Assembly (NCBI RefSeq): GCF_006345805.1
Contig: NC_043010.1
Location: forward strand, 54,312,001 to 54,376,000
Reading direction: 5' to 3'
DNA from: Octopus sinensis
Lineage: Eukaryota
Length of the DNA stretch: 64,000 bases
Within the stretch, counting starts at the first letter, position 1. Every line of letters starts with the position of its first letter. The notes beneath the pieces are model-generated. The model was not told where the DNA came from and made no database searches. It saw only the letters and a program-made list of their open reading frames with translations. Below, in pieces: positions 12,931-25,410 of this stretch. The position numbers and the translations under genes are program-made.

Positions 12931-13438
12931 AAATTTAAAACCAAAAGAGGTGAATGCGTACCTCATACAGCAAGAATATAAGGTGTGGGTTGATAGAGTG
13001 TCCCCTCATAGCAATCTGAGCGACAACGCTCCGTGTTCACATGGAGGTATAATTTTGGGCAGTACTTGTTTCAGGTGCACGCAATAAATTATATTCGTTT
13101 TTTTTCCACATGTACGATGGAGGGCATATTACACAATATTAGTTTTTCAGTTGAGAGACAGAAAGTCGAGCGTTTCAAAACCGATAAATTTCTTTTTATT
13201 CTTGTCACTGCGATGCATATAAGCTACTTGCAAGTGAGAATAAGAACATAAATTTGACTGAGACAAACATACATATGTTCATACATACATGTAATCACCT
13301 TTATATACATACGCAAACAGTTATAGATTCGATTTAAAATGAGTAAAATATAATTCATACATATATATATATATTACACAAATACACATATATATACATA
13401 TATATGTATATATATATATATACGTACACACACACACA

Positions 13439-13484
<46 letters not shown>

Positions 13485-13495
13485 CATATATATAT

Positions 13496-13910
13496 AGGCG
13501 CAGGAGTGGCTGTGTGGTAAGTAGCTTGTTTACCAGCCACATGCTTCCGGGTTCGGTCCCACTGTGGGCACCTTGGGCAAGTGTCTTCTACTATAGCCTC
13601 GGGCCGACCAAAGCCTTGTCAGTGGATTTGGTAGACGGAAACTGAAAGAAGCCCGTCGCATATATGTATATATATATATGTGTGTGTGAGTTTGTGTGTC
13701 TGTGTTTGTCCCTCCAACATCGCTTGACAACCGATGGTAGTGTGTTTACCTCCCCGTAACTTAGCGCTTCGGCAAAAGAGAACGATAGAATAAGTACTAG
13801 GCTTACAAAGAATAAGTCCTGGGGTAGATTTGCTCGACTAAAGGTGGTGCTCCAGCATGGCCGCAGTCAAATGACTGAAACAAATAAAAGAGTAAAAGAG
13901 TAAAAAGAGT
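13496..13910 (+). mobile_element. SINE-A full copy inserted in a TA/CA microsatellite
   Basis: AGGCGCAGGAGTGGCTGTGTGG (A box) ... GGTTCGGTCCC (B box) ... (AAAAGAGT)n tail. Confidence 0.92.
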
Positions 13911-13921
13911 AATATATATAT

Positions 13922-14130
13922 GTACATACACATAATACATATATAAATCGCAATGTTTGTCTATCTGAGGCTGTGTGTGTGTGAATTTGTGAGATTGTTA
14001 CCTTAAGTCCTCCGAGACTATCCAACTGATATCAATGAAACTTGGTATGTGCGTGGGGCTTATGCCGATGCGGTCACTTACGCTCTTTGAATTTCAAAAA
14101 AATTGACAATTTCTAATCAGCATCGATTTT
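13922..14130 (+). mobile_element. Possible 5' fragment of a non-autonomous Helitron/Helentron-like element
   Basis: ATATATAAATCG...GTTTGTCTATCTG...CCAACTGATATCAATGAAACTTGGTATG parallels the 5' part of the element at 28575. Confidence 0.4.
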
Positions 14131-14926
14131 TCAAAAATCAATACGACATTTCTCTGCAAATTCTCATATTAATGATATTTTCTGCCATAGCATTTCAACT
14201 TTCCAACTGATTTTGTTGATATTCATACACAGATGTAATATGCGCCATAGATGGGGTGATACAAGTAAACTTTTGCTGAAGCCATTCAAGCAAAGTGTAA
14301 GATGATTCTTGATTTACTGATTAACGAAATGGTTTTAAATTGTTGTTGGCAAAAATGCTCATTAATTATTTCGTATATATATGTATATATCTATATATGT
14401 ATGTGTATAATCATATGTATATATAGATGTATATGTGTAAATACATATGTATATATAAATGTATATGTGTAAATACATATGTAAAACAAAAGTAAAACAA
14501 AGCACCACGAGTTTAAAGTATAAATAAGCTTTACTGTAGCCTTGAATGTTATCGACTCCTATTTCCAGTAAATATTGGTGCATTATTGTACCACTATCAT
14601 ATTTATACTTTAACCTGATAGTGCATGGTTTTACTGGGAAGCAATACTACTTACTGTATTGCACTATTCCATAATTTCTTCTTTGAAAATGTTTTTCACT
14701 GTTCTTGGTCAGATAATGGCTAGGCATTTCAGACGAGTATATACTGGCATTAATGTAGTGACATTTGAGATTTTGTCTAAGTGAATCCAGCCAATGAGAA
14801 CTAATCAAATTTACGTTCATAAACGTAATTTGGGAAGTTCGAAACCTAGGTCCTAGATTATGTACAACTGGGTTGTACCTGAGTTTTATGTTATCCACTT
14901 ATATATATATATATTATATATATATA

Positions 14927-14968
<42 letters not shown>

Positions 14969-15280
14969 TATTGTTGTTTGTTTCTACTGCAGCCATGCCT
15001 GGTTAATTAGGGCCGGCTTCCTTCTACTTCTGGTGACTTCAAAAATGTAACCGCAGGGGATTGTTGGCGATTCTTTATCTCATTCGTCTTTGACTTTCCT
15101 GTCTTTCCTCTTTCCGGTGAGGAGCTATACTCGAAACTTAAATCTACTACTCTTTGTCCTTCTCTGTGCCTCATTGCTTGTCTACGTCCACATGTTCGTT
15201 TGTTTTTTTTATCTCTATATATGCGCAAATGTATGCAGACACACATAACTATAAATTTACACATGCACATACACCTACAT

Positions 15281-15320
<40 letters not shown>

Positions 15321-15344
15321 CGTCTTTCAATAACACTCACCAAG

Positions 15345-15455
15345 CTACGGTGGGCTCAAGGCTATAGCAGAAGACACTTGCCCAGGGATCATGCAGTGGA
15401 AGTGAACCCAGAATCACGTGGTTGGGAAGCAAGCTTCTTACCAGCACGCCACACG
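15345..15455 (-). mobile_element. SINE-A-related head fragment
   Basis: GGCTATAGCAGAAGACACTTGCCCAGG...GAACCCAGAATCACGTGGTTGGGAAGCAAGCTTCTTACC. Confidence 0.7.
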
Positions 15456-16287
15456 TGAACTTGCATATGCAAGAAATTGTGATTATCTACAAAGAGAAGT
15501 AACACTACAAATGCATAGAAGTGCAACGTCATATGTGGAGAAGTGTGAATTTATATGCATACCTATCTGACTGCATATGCAGAGTGATATCACTGCATAC
15601 ACAGAGAAGAGTCACTTCACATGTCGAGAAATATAATTTTATATGCAGGAAAATCTCAGTCAAGCACAGAATAATAAATACACACAGCGAACATAGTATC
15701 TTCAAAAGTAGAGAAATGCGGCTTCCTCTATAGTAATGATTTCAAAAATACCCGTCACGTCAGATGACTACAATGAAAATAATATTTACGTACATGTGAT
15801 ACTATAAAAGGACGCTATTATGTATTTTACAAAACCAGCGAGGAAAAACACAATCAAAGCAACTCAAATGTATAAAAGATATAATATTTTATTTCTGGAT
15901 AATTTCGCTGTAGTACAAAGTATTAATATGTGTATTCGTGACGTTTTCTGCGTTTAATTTTCTCTTTTTCCCTGTCAGTCTATCGGTCCCTTCCTGCCTC
16001 TACTTGTTTCAATAAATATATGCACACACACTAACACACAGAGACAGACACACACACAAGCGCACACACATAGAGAGAGATAGATAGATCTCCACAAACA
16101 TATGCATACATGAATTCATATATGTGTGTGTATTGATATATATATATATATATATGAATAATTTTAGGTTTATATATATTAAATGCATATATGTTTGTGT
16201 ATGCATACATATTTATATATATGTATATATATACATGTATAAATATATACACATATATATATACATGTATGTATGTACGTATATATA

Positions 16288-16334
<47 letters not shown>

Positions 16335-17251
16335 TTTTCTATATATTTATATACATACACCACCCCACACACATATAAGATTGTGCGGCTCTATGTGTGT
16401 GTATGCTCGTATATATTTATATTATGGTGTGAAGTTCTCTATGGACGATTCACAAAAATATTCCAAATGAATTATGTTTTGCCTCTTAGTTTGAGAGATA
16501 AATGAAACAAAAAAAGAATAAACAGTAGTATTTGTTATCGAAACTCAAAGAAAAGCGCAGAGATTTTCACAAAATTAATCCGTATTCCCTGAGGGAAGTC
16601 TTTGTTATACTGAATGACAGCCACGTCTATTATAAACAACAAAGATATTTGGAGAAAGAAAAATAGTTTTGGTTGGTAAAAATTTTCACAATTAAGAAAT
16701 CAAATACGATAAACGAGCCAATGGGCACAGATTTTCAATTAATTTCCGTTTGTGTGTGCGTGTGAGTGTGTGTGTGTGTGTTTTTGTTTGTGTGTGTGTG
16801 TACATCGCTTCGTGCCTAATGACGGAATTTATTTAAATTTAGTCCAGAGGCTCACTAGAGTTTTTCTGTCTCTTATATTTTACTTCTAATTATACAAATT
16901 ACTCATGGTAAAGAAAAAAAAACTTCAAATTTTTCACTGTAAAATGAAAATAAAAGCAAATCACCACTTTAGATGATACAAAGAACCTGATCAAAGTAAA
17001 CAAGAAAACATGAGTAAGCTTTGAACGATCATAAGGGTTCGTAGAGATTAATTTTGTGAAACCCAAGACCGTATCTATAGTCTTAAATGCAGCGATTAGA
17101 AACTTTTACTCTAAACAGAAATTTTCTTAAATTAATTTGTTCAATTTATCATTTATTTTCTTTGAGTAAAATACACCGCTGGATATTTCTTTTACACTTC
17201 TCACTAAAGATCAAACTTCGATGCTGTTCAATGACGAGTTTTATTCGAATA

Positions 17252-17639
17252 GTGGAGTCGCAATGGCCCAGTGGTTAGGGCAGCGGACTCGCGGTCGTAG
17301 GATCGTGGTTTCGATTCCCAGACCGGGCGTTGTGAGTGTTTATTGAGCGAAAACACCAAAAAGCTCCACGAGGCTCAGGCAGGGATGGTGGTGATCCCTG
17401 CTGTACTCTTTCACCACGACTTTCTCTCACTCTTACTTCCTGTTTCTGTTGTACCTGTATTTCAAAGGGCCGGCCTTGACACTCTCTGTGTCACGCTGAA
17501 TATCCCCGAGAACTACGTTAAAGGTACACGTGTCTGTGGAGTGCTCAGCCACTTACTCGTTAATTTCACGAGCAGGCTGTTCCTTTGATCGGATCAACCG
17601 GAACCCTCGTCGTCGTAACCGACGGAGTGCTTCCATCCA
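17252..17639 (+). mobile_element. SINE-C full copy with 11-bp target-site duplication
   Basis: A box TGGCCCAGTGG, B box GTTTCGATTCC; TSD TTATTCGAATA at 17241-17251 and 17640-17650. Confidence 0.93.
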
Positions 17640-18883
17640 TTATTCGAATATCATTAAATACATCACCACGTATCCTCAATTTCTGCAATTTTTTTCCCAT
17701 TAATTATAACATTACTTAATAATTAATGACTATTCCAATTTTTTTTAACCGAACGTTGTTTAAACCTAATCGATACCAGTTATCATAACCCTCTATTCTC
17801 TTGTCCTCAAATCTGATATTTTGAAAACAAGACATCAGGTTTAAAAGAAAATTAAGACGTCTATTCTCTTTTCCTCAAACCTGGAAACTATGAAAACACA
17901 TTGTATTCTGTAAAATGTGACAGCAATATGGACAACAGGAATTTATTCTGTACAAACTCGTATTGTTGTTAAACATCCCAAATAATATGCATGTATAAAG
18001 TTATATGAAAGAAGGCATCGTATTGAAATTGCTGTCCATTTCGTGATCGTTTTAGTGTTTATTGATACATAATTAGTCCTATTGTGTTAGGGATCATAGT
18101 AATAAACGAAAGTGATAATGTCCTTTACGCGTATTTCAAAGGACATGCATTATGCAAATCTTGTAGAGGTAGCTTTTAGTAGGAAAATGGAAAGCGTACA
18201 TCAGCGGAAAGAGCTAAGCCGAAAGAAAATTAAGGTAAAAATATGTGGTCATTACTAACAACAGAGGCATGAGCGGTAACGGAAATAAATTCACTAAACA
18301 CATGTGTTACATAAACATTAAAAGCAATGACGTCAGCATCATCACCATCACCATCACCATCACCATCACCATCACCACCACTGTCCAAAACAGACAACAG
18401 CAAAAACAACAATAACATTTGCAACCACTACCTGAATATCGTCAACAGTTACAACACTGAAACAATCACGTTATCGCCAACAACAACAAAAAAAAAAAAT
18501 AATGACATTGCTGTAAAGAACAACGGGAAAAGCAAATCACAATATGATTGCATAACCTATAACACTAAAAACCTCAACACCAAAGACGTCAACATCATAC
18601 AAAAAAAGAAAAAAATACATCAAGAAAACAAGAATAAAAATGAAAATCCAGAAAAATACCAGTCAGGTGATCGATATAACTGCAAAAGTAACTTCTTCCT
18701 GGTCATTTAATCTAAAGGAAATAATAACCAAATCTCCCTTAAATCATAGTCTACTCTTAAAAAAATATATATAATGATTTGTAACGTCAAAATATCCTAG
18801 ATTCAACGTAGTCGTTTAGTCACCTTCCCAGCAAATTTAAGGTAGGAGAAAGAATTATTATTATTATTATTATTATTATTATT

Positions 18884-19436
18884 GAGTGAGAGAGCAGTTC
18901 ATGCCATCAAAGTGACACTGGGGTAAAATATACGAAGCCCAATATACCCATCATGACTACCCGTCTGATAAAGGTACCCCAGGCACATGCATCACAACCA
19001 TATGTGCGCGACATGGTGTTCTCATATCAAGATAAACAGCACATGACCTTGCAGGTGGGGCCCAGTTAGAATTTTCTTCAGGTTGAGTAGCCCATCCCGC
19101 TCAAAAGGTCTCTGAATAAGGGTTGTTTAAGGATGTTGAAAGAACCACCCATGTTTCCAGAGGTGAATTATTCAAACCCCAAAGAATCCCTCTCAACACA
19201 TGGCTATGATGCTCCCCCACTACTTCTGCTCAGATCAGAGATGCACATATCGTCAGCCACTAAGGGACAGTCTCAACTGGTTAAGGTTAAACAACTGACA
19301 AGCAAATCTGTGGTATTGAGCAGAATATTTGTTGTAACCCATCTTTTATACCAAGACAAAACAATGTACATGATAACACTTCCAATCAGTTAAGATCAGA
19401 AGCCATGAGAGCCACTGCCTGGTACTGCCTCAGGGC
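18884..19436 (-). mobile_element. ~550-bp retroposed-type repeat inserted within (ATT)n
   Basis: Non-coding, higher-GC block with sharp ends, flanked on both sides by (ATT)n (18854-18883 and 19437-19590). I recall it as a common Octopus repeat (unverified). Confidence 0.6.
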
Positions 19437-19480
19437 ATTATTATTATTATTATATTATTATTATTATTATTATTATTGTA

Positions 19481-19516
<36 letters not shown>

Positions 19517-19532
19517 CGTCATCATTATATAT

Positions 19533-19578
<46 letters not shown>

Positions 19579-19592
19579 CATCATCATCATCA
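19437..19592. repeat. (ATT)n/(CAT)n microsatellite
   Basis: Direct reading. Confidence 0.95.
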
Positions 19593-19699
19593 TTCTCTTT
19601 TGTGTCACTCCATCACACGTTTCATTTATGTTGGTGGTGAAATTAGAGATAAACAACATTAAAAAAGTATCAGTGAAGTAGGGATCATGCTACGGTACC

Positions 19700-20155
19700 T
19701 CGATCTCAAAAATCAGCTCGCTTTTATCCTATCTAAATTTGGCGTAATCCCAGCAGATTTTGTAGATAAGATGAGTCGAATACATCGAATATATTTGATT
19801 AAATGGTATTTGCTTTACCAACTTCAGAAAGGATGAAATGCAAAGTCAATCTCTGTTTTATTAGAGCCCAGTCCTTAAGAAGGAGCAGGAAGAAACCGGT
19901 AAGTGTTTCCTATTGCGCGGTAATAATTCTGCCAGTTGGCCACCTTAACCGACGCGTTAATATTGGTTTCAAATCTTTGGCTCAAGGCCAAGTATTTCGC
20001 GGAAGCGATTACTCGATCATATCGACCCAACTGTTTCAGATTGTGCTTATATCGACGCTGAAAGGAAGGAAGGGAAGCCGACAACGGTGCCATTTAAACT
20101 TAGAGCCAACAAACAGAGTTTATGCGGCTAAGTACTTCGAACGGCGTGCTAGCCA
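19700..20155 (-). mobile_element. Cluster of degenerate old SINE-B copies
   Basis: Repeated GAAAGGATGAAATGCAAAGTC, TCGATCATATCGACCCAAC and GCTAAGTACTTCG motifs. Confidence 0.55.
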
Positions 20156-20163
20156 CAATGACG

Positions 20164-20199
<36 letters not shown>

Positions 20200-20300
20200 T
20201 TAAGAAGAAGAAGAAGAAGAAGAGAAGAAGAAGAAGAAGAAGAAGAAGAAGAAGAAGAAGAAGAAGAAGAAGAAGAAGAAGAAGAAGAGAAAAAGAAGAA
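20164..20300. repeat. (AAT)n(AAG)n compound microsatellite
   Basis: Direct reading; the same compound recurs at 21215-21302. Confidence 0.96.
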
Positions 20301-20469
20301 TTATGCGAAAGGATGACTCATACAGTGGTTTTAATTCAGAAATAACCCCACACAGGAAAACGAAGTTAATGTTAGTACCAATTATTGTAGTGGCCTTGGG
20401 GATAGTATGAGAAGGTTTTTAAGAAAATATACAACGAAAAAAAATAATGAAAATCCGAATAGAGTGCCC

Positions 20470-20532
<63 letters not shown>

Positions 20533-20544
20533 TTAATAATAATT

Positions 20545-20720
20545 CTTTCTCCTATAGGCACAAAACCTTAAATTTGGTGGGAAGGAAATTAAACGACTGC
20601 ATTGAACCCCGAAAGGATGAAAGGGAAAATTGGACCCTATGGGCCCAATAGCAATGTAAAAGAAGGGAAGTAAGGAAAGCTGCCATGCATTTTCGCCGAC
20701 TTGCTAACGATTCTGCCGCC
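20545..20720 (-). mobile_element. Degenerate old SINE-B whose tail runs into (TAA)n 20470-20545
   Basis: TTCTTTCTCCTATAGGCACAAAACC...CCCCGAAAGGATGAAAGG...GCATTTTCGCCGACTTGCTAACGATTCTGCC. Confidence 0.65.
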
Positions 20721-20805
20721 TGGCTACTTTAGTTATAGCAACGTCAACGACGACAACAAACTACAATAATGATAATAATGATAATAATAATAATAATAAT
20801 AACAT

Positions 20806-21215
20806 AGGCGCAGGAGTGGCTGTGTGGTAAGTAGCTTGCTAACCAACCACATGGTTCCGGGTTCAGTCCCACTGCGTGGCATCTTGGGCAAGTGTCTTCT
20901 GCTATAGCCCCGGGCCGACCAAAGCCTTGTGAGTGGATTTGGAAGACGGAAACTGAAAGAAGCCTGTCGTATATATGTATATATATATATATGTGTTTGT
21001 TTGTGTGTCTGTGTTTGTTCCCCTAGCATTGGTTGACAACCGATGCTGGTGTGTTTACGTCCCCGTCACTTAGCGGTTCGGCAAAAAAGAAACCGATAGA
21101 ATAAGTACTGGTCTTACAAAGAATAAGTCCCGGGGTCGAGTTGCTCGATTAAAGGCGGTGCTCCAGCATGGCCGCAGTCAAATGACTGAAACAAGTAAAA
21201 GAGAAAGAGAAAGAG
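20806..21215 (+). mobile_element. SINE-A full-length reference copy inserted in (AAT)n
   Basis: tRNA-like head (TGGCTGTGTGG, GGTTCAGTCCC), internal (TA)n(TG)n, (AAAGAG)n tail. Confidence 0.93.
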
Positions 21216-21286
<71 letters not shown>

Positions 21287-21376
21287 AAGAAGAAGAAGAA
21301 GAATCAATAGCTGAATGTAGAGCAACATCACGCAACATTAATCCTAGCAGCTAGAAATGACACCATAATAATCCGC

Positions 21377-21422
<46 letters not shown>

Positions 21423-21872
21423 TAATAATAATAATAATAATAAAAAAAATGGCAGACAAAAAAATAATATCAGCAATATTTATGACAGGCTCACTAGGGA
21501 AAAAGATCAGAATGAAATAACTTCATTAGCAACAGCTACAATGTGCACGCGCTCAAATGTAATAAAATAACAGAATAATTAAATGCAACGTCATTATTAA
21601 AAAAAAATGTAAGAAAATAAATGCGTAAAATATAAATGATAACATTATGTTGATAACATTATGTGCATTGCCCCGTTGCTATTCTTTTCTTTCTGACAAT
21701 AAATATACTAACACGAACATTGGAATAACAATGATGATGGGGTGAGGATGATAGGGTGAGGATGATGATGTATGATTGTCTTGTCAGTGAAAGTATTTTT
21801 TCTTCTCATGCTTCTGTTTATAACACACACACACTCACACAGACACACACATATATATATATATATATATAC

Positions 21873-21940
<68 letters not shown>

Positions 21941-22069
21941 TTGGGGAGTAAATCCAAACTTACAGGGAAAAATTAGATTTAGGATTAACTTATATTAATT
22001 AATTATATTTCTATGTTTTAGTTTATGTTTTTCACTGTTTGATTTGCCTAATACTGGTTTTATCTCTAA

Positions 22070-22132
<63 letters not shown>

Positions 22133-22359
22133 CGTGTGTGTGGGTGTGTGTGTGTGTGTGTGTATGTATGTATATAGCTGTTTTAGACTTTAGCACAAGA
22201 CTAGTGCTTTGAAGTGTAATTGTTTGGTTCATTTCCACGGTCCCTGGACTTAAATAATATTCATTTTATCGGCCTCGCAACAAGGAAGGCCAGTTTGAAA
22301 ATCACCAATATTGGAGAAATACCGATACACATAACAAAAATAACAACAACTAAATAATA

Positions 22360-22585
22360 CTCCTTTCTACTATAGGTACAAGGCCTGACATTTCGTGGCG
22401 GGAACAAATTTTTTTTACGTTGGCCCCAGTGCGTAACTGGGACTTATTTAATCGACCCCGAAAAGATGAAAAGCAAAGCCGACTCGGTGGAACTTGAATT
22501 CGAAGGTAGAAAGACCCTCAAGACAGATAATATACCACAAAGCATTTCATCCGGTGTGCAAACGATTCTGCCAATTCACCGTTTT
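22360..22585 (-). mobile_element. Old SINE-B copy
   Basis: CTCCTTTCTACTATAGGTACAAGGCCTGAC...CCCCAGTGCGTAACTGG...TCGACCCCGAAAAGATGAAAAG...AACGATTCTGCC. Confidence 0.7.
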
Positions 22586-22624
22586 AAAAATAATGATTAT
22601 AATGACGAAGAGAATATATCTGAC

Positions 22625-24065
22625 ATGCTAAACAGACCTGCACGTTGATACAACACTTGCAGTAAAGCAATCAACCATCTCTTGTATATAGATTATCTAA
22701 AACTGTGTGCTTCAAATGACGAACAACCGGAAACATTACTACAGAAACTGCATGGATTTACCAAAGGAATAAACATGAAATTCGTCGCAGAAAAATGTGC
22801 CAAAGCAATTTTGAAAACAGGAAAACTAGTTAAGAATAACAATATCACACTAGATAAAGCAAATGAAATTAGAGAATTAGACCAAAGCCAGACATATAAG
22901 TACTTAGGAATCGATGAACTAGATATGGTACAACACAAATGAAAGAGAAGATAAGAAAGGAATATTACAGAAGAGTTAGATTAATGCTGAAAACAGAGCT
23001 CAAGGCTAAAACATAATAATATGTAACAATACTCTAGCCGTTCCAGTAATAAGTTACAGCTACAATATACTTAATTGAACTCTAAATGAACTAAAGAAAC
23101 TAAACAGAAAACAAGAAAACCAATGACAGAGTTTAGAATGCACCACCCAAAGTCTGACATAAAAGTTATTTGTACAAAGAACTGAAGGTGGTATAGGCCT
23201 TATACATCCCAGGAAACTATTATAAAAATAACCTCCATAGAATTACAGAAATATCTATTTCAGAAAAAAATGAAACTGATACAAATAGCCACAAAACATG
23301 AGCAAAACAAAACAGTTTTCTGTCTTTAATGAAGCTGAAAAATACAAAAAATTGAGTCATAGTACATAACAACTCTGAAAATAAAGAGGAAACAGCAAAA
23401 TATGTAAGACAACTGAAATTCAAACTAAAACCGGAACAGCAAAGTATCATGATAATATGATGGCAAGAAAACCCTTACATGACAAATATTGCGATAAGCT
23501 AAACAGAAAATAAATAAACAAAATAATATCCCAACAATGGTTGAGAAGCACAGGACTCAAAGCAGAGACTGAAGGGTTTTTAATTACTACATAAGGTATT
23601 AGCACACACACATACACTCACATATAGAAACAAATGATGAAGAAAATACAAGTAACAGTAGAATATGTGGGGATATGGAAGAAAGGATATTATCTCTGAC
23701 TGTCCAGTCCTGGCTGAGAAAGGGTATATCCAAAAACATGACAGAGTTGGGACCTATATACACTGGAAGCTATGAAAACACTCTGAAATGACAACAGAGA
23801 AAAGAATATAAAGGCACACTCCAGAAAAGGTTTTAGAAAATTACAAAACAACCGTACTCTCAAATATGCCAATGCAAACAGATTGAGAAATCATGGCTAA
23901 TAGACCGGATATAGTTGTCAGATATGAGCTAGAAAAAGTTGCCTTCTAATCGATGCATCATCACCAACAGATTGCCATGCATCTCTGAGAGAAACGTAGA
24001 AACCTTCAAAATACAAAGATTTGGAATAAGAGGTAACTCAAATGTGGAGCCTAAAACGAGAAACA
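22625..24065 (+). mobile_element. Degenerate R4/Dong-like (RLE-type) LINE: RT C-terminus to restriction-like endonuclease
   Basis: INHLLYIDYLKL (consensus INHLLYMDDLKL), KCAKAILKTGKL, TYKYLGI, SQQWLRSTGLKAETEGFL, RICG, IISDCPVLA, HDRVGTYIHWKL, EIMANRPDIVV, SKYKDLE*EVTQMW; many stops and frameshifts. Confidence 0.9.
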
Positions 24066-24150
24066 AATATAATCATATATATATATATATATTACGGAGA
24101 TGTACTCGCATAGCAAGTAATTTGATCTGAGATCGTGTGCTGAAACGAAA

Positions 24151-24432
24151 ACAATTGCAGCGTGGAAGGTGTTTATAAGCCAGTTAAGAAACACACAAAA
24201 GCCGTTCGATTCACTTCAACATTTAAGTTTAATTTGTCAAAATATTTTCGTCGCTAAAATCCGCGACCTGTTCACTGACAAAAATCCATGCTGCACGATT
24301 TTTGTCAGTGAACAGGTTGCGGATTTTAGCGACGAAAATATTTTGACAACTTAAACTTAAATGTTGAAGTGAATCGAACGGCTTTTGTGTGTTTCTTAAA
24401 TGGCTTATAAACACCTTCCACGCTGCAATTGT
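24151..24432. repeat. Near-perfect palindrome: 136-bp arms, 10-nt loop, 3 mismatches
   Basis: 24151-24286 versus reverse complement of 24297-24432. Confidence 0.96.
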
Positions 24433-24505
24433 ATATATATATATATATGTGTGTGTATATGTGTATGTATGTATGTATGTATATATTATTATATATATCT
24501 ATATG

Positions 24506-24546
<41 letters not shown>

Positions 24547-24608
24547 ATACACTCATGCATACATATATATCTTAAAAGATGAGGAATTATTTACAAAATA
24601 ATAATAAC

Positions 24609-24640
<32 letters not shown>

Positions 24641-24698
24641 CAACAACATCATCGAAAAATACCTTAGGAATGAGAACCCAGGTTCGAAATTTCCCCAA

Positions 24699-24745
24699 GA
24701 CACCTGATGAAGGCCCGGAGGGTGTATTAGCCGAAACTTCGTGTT
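24699..24745 (+). ncRNA. Minimal type-I hammerhead ribozyme-like motif (stem III mismatched)
   Basis: GACAC-CTGATGA-A-GGC(loop)GCC-GAAA-CTTC-GTGTT; stem I GACAC/GTGTT, stem II GGC/GCC. Confidence 0.6.
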
Positions 24746-25123
24746 AACAACAAACAATATGAGGACAAATATCCGTCGAATGTAAATAATGTAAATAATG
24801 AATAGAATCGTTGTTTTGCAAAACTGTCTGGTCATCCTTCATTGGTAGTATAGTATATTTTTGTGAAATATACGAATGAACCTTAGTGAGAATAGATAAA
24901 ATTATTCATTAGCATTTCTTTAATTAGTAAATTATTAGGTCCATCATTTCCCATCGAAATTACATCAAACCGATCGAGATATCAATAATACTTAAATCAC
25001 GTATTGATGTCTGGCATTATAATCAATTTGAATGCTGTTACCAGACATTGTTATCGTTTAAAGACAATTGATTCTACTACCTGAAGCGTTACGCCGCCTC
25101 CCACTTGCACTTCACATCATTGC

Positions 25124-25410
25124 AACCACTGTCACCACCACGACGAGAGCGACGAACACCACCACAACCACCACCACCACCACCACCATCACCACCACCA
25201 CCACCACCATCACCACTACCACCACCACCACCACCACTACCAACACCACGACCACGACCACCACTATCACCATCACCGCCGCCATCACTACGAACACCGC
25301 CAACACCAATACTATTTACCGTCACTACCCTCATGGTCATCTTGATCATGATGGTAGTCATCATAATCATCATCGTCATCTTCGTCGTCGTCATCATCAT
25401 CATCATCATC
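25124..25410. repeat. Degenerate (CAC)n/(CAT)n low-complexity tract
   Basis: Direct reading. Confidence 0.9.

Larger units (their letters stand above)
24094..24805. mobile_element. Probable Penelope-like element terminal-repeat remnant with inverted parts
   Basis: Contains a minimal type-I hammerhead-like motif and inverted segments, both typical of PLE pseudo-LTRs; no ORF. Confidence 0.55.

Noticed and set aside
17252-17330. tRNA gene (also 12445, 20806, 34040, 62212, 62823)
   Set aside because: A and B boxes are present but there is no complete cloverleaf, and each continues into a SINE body.
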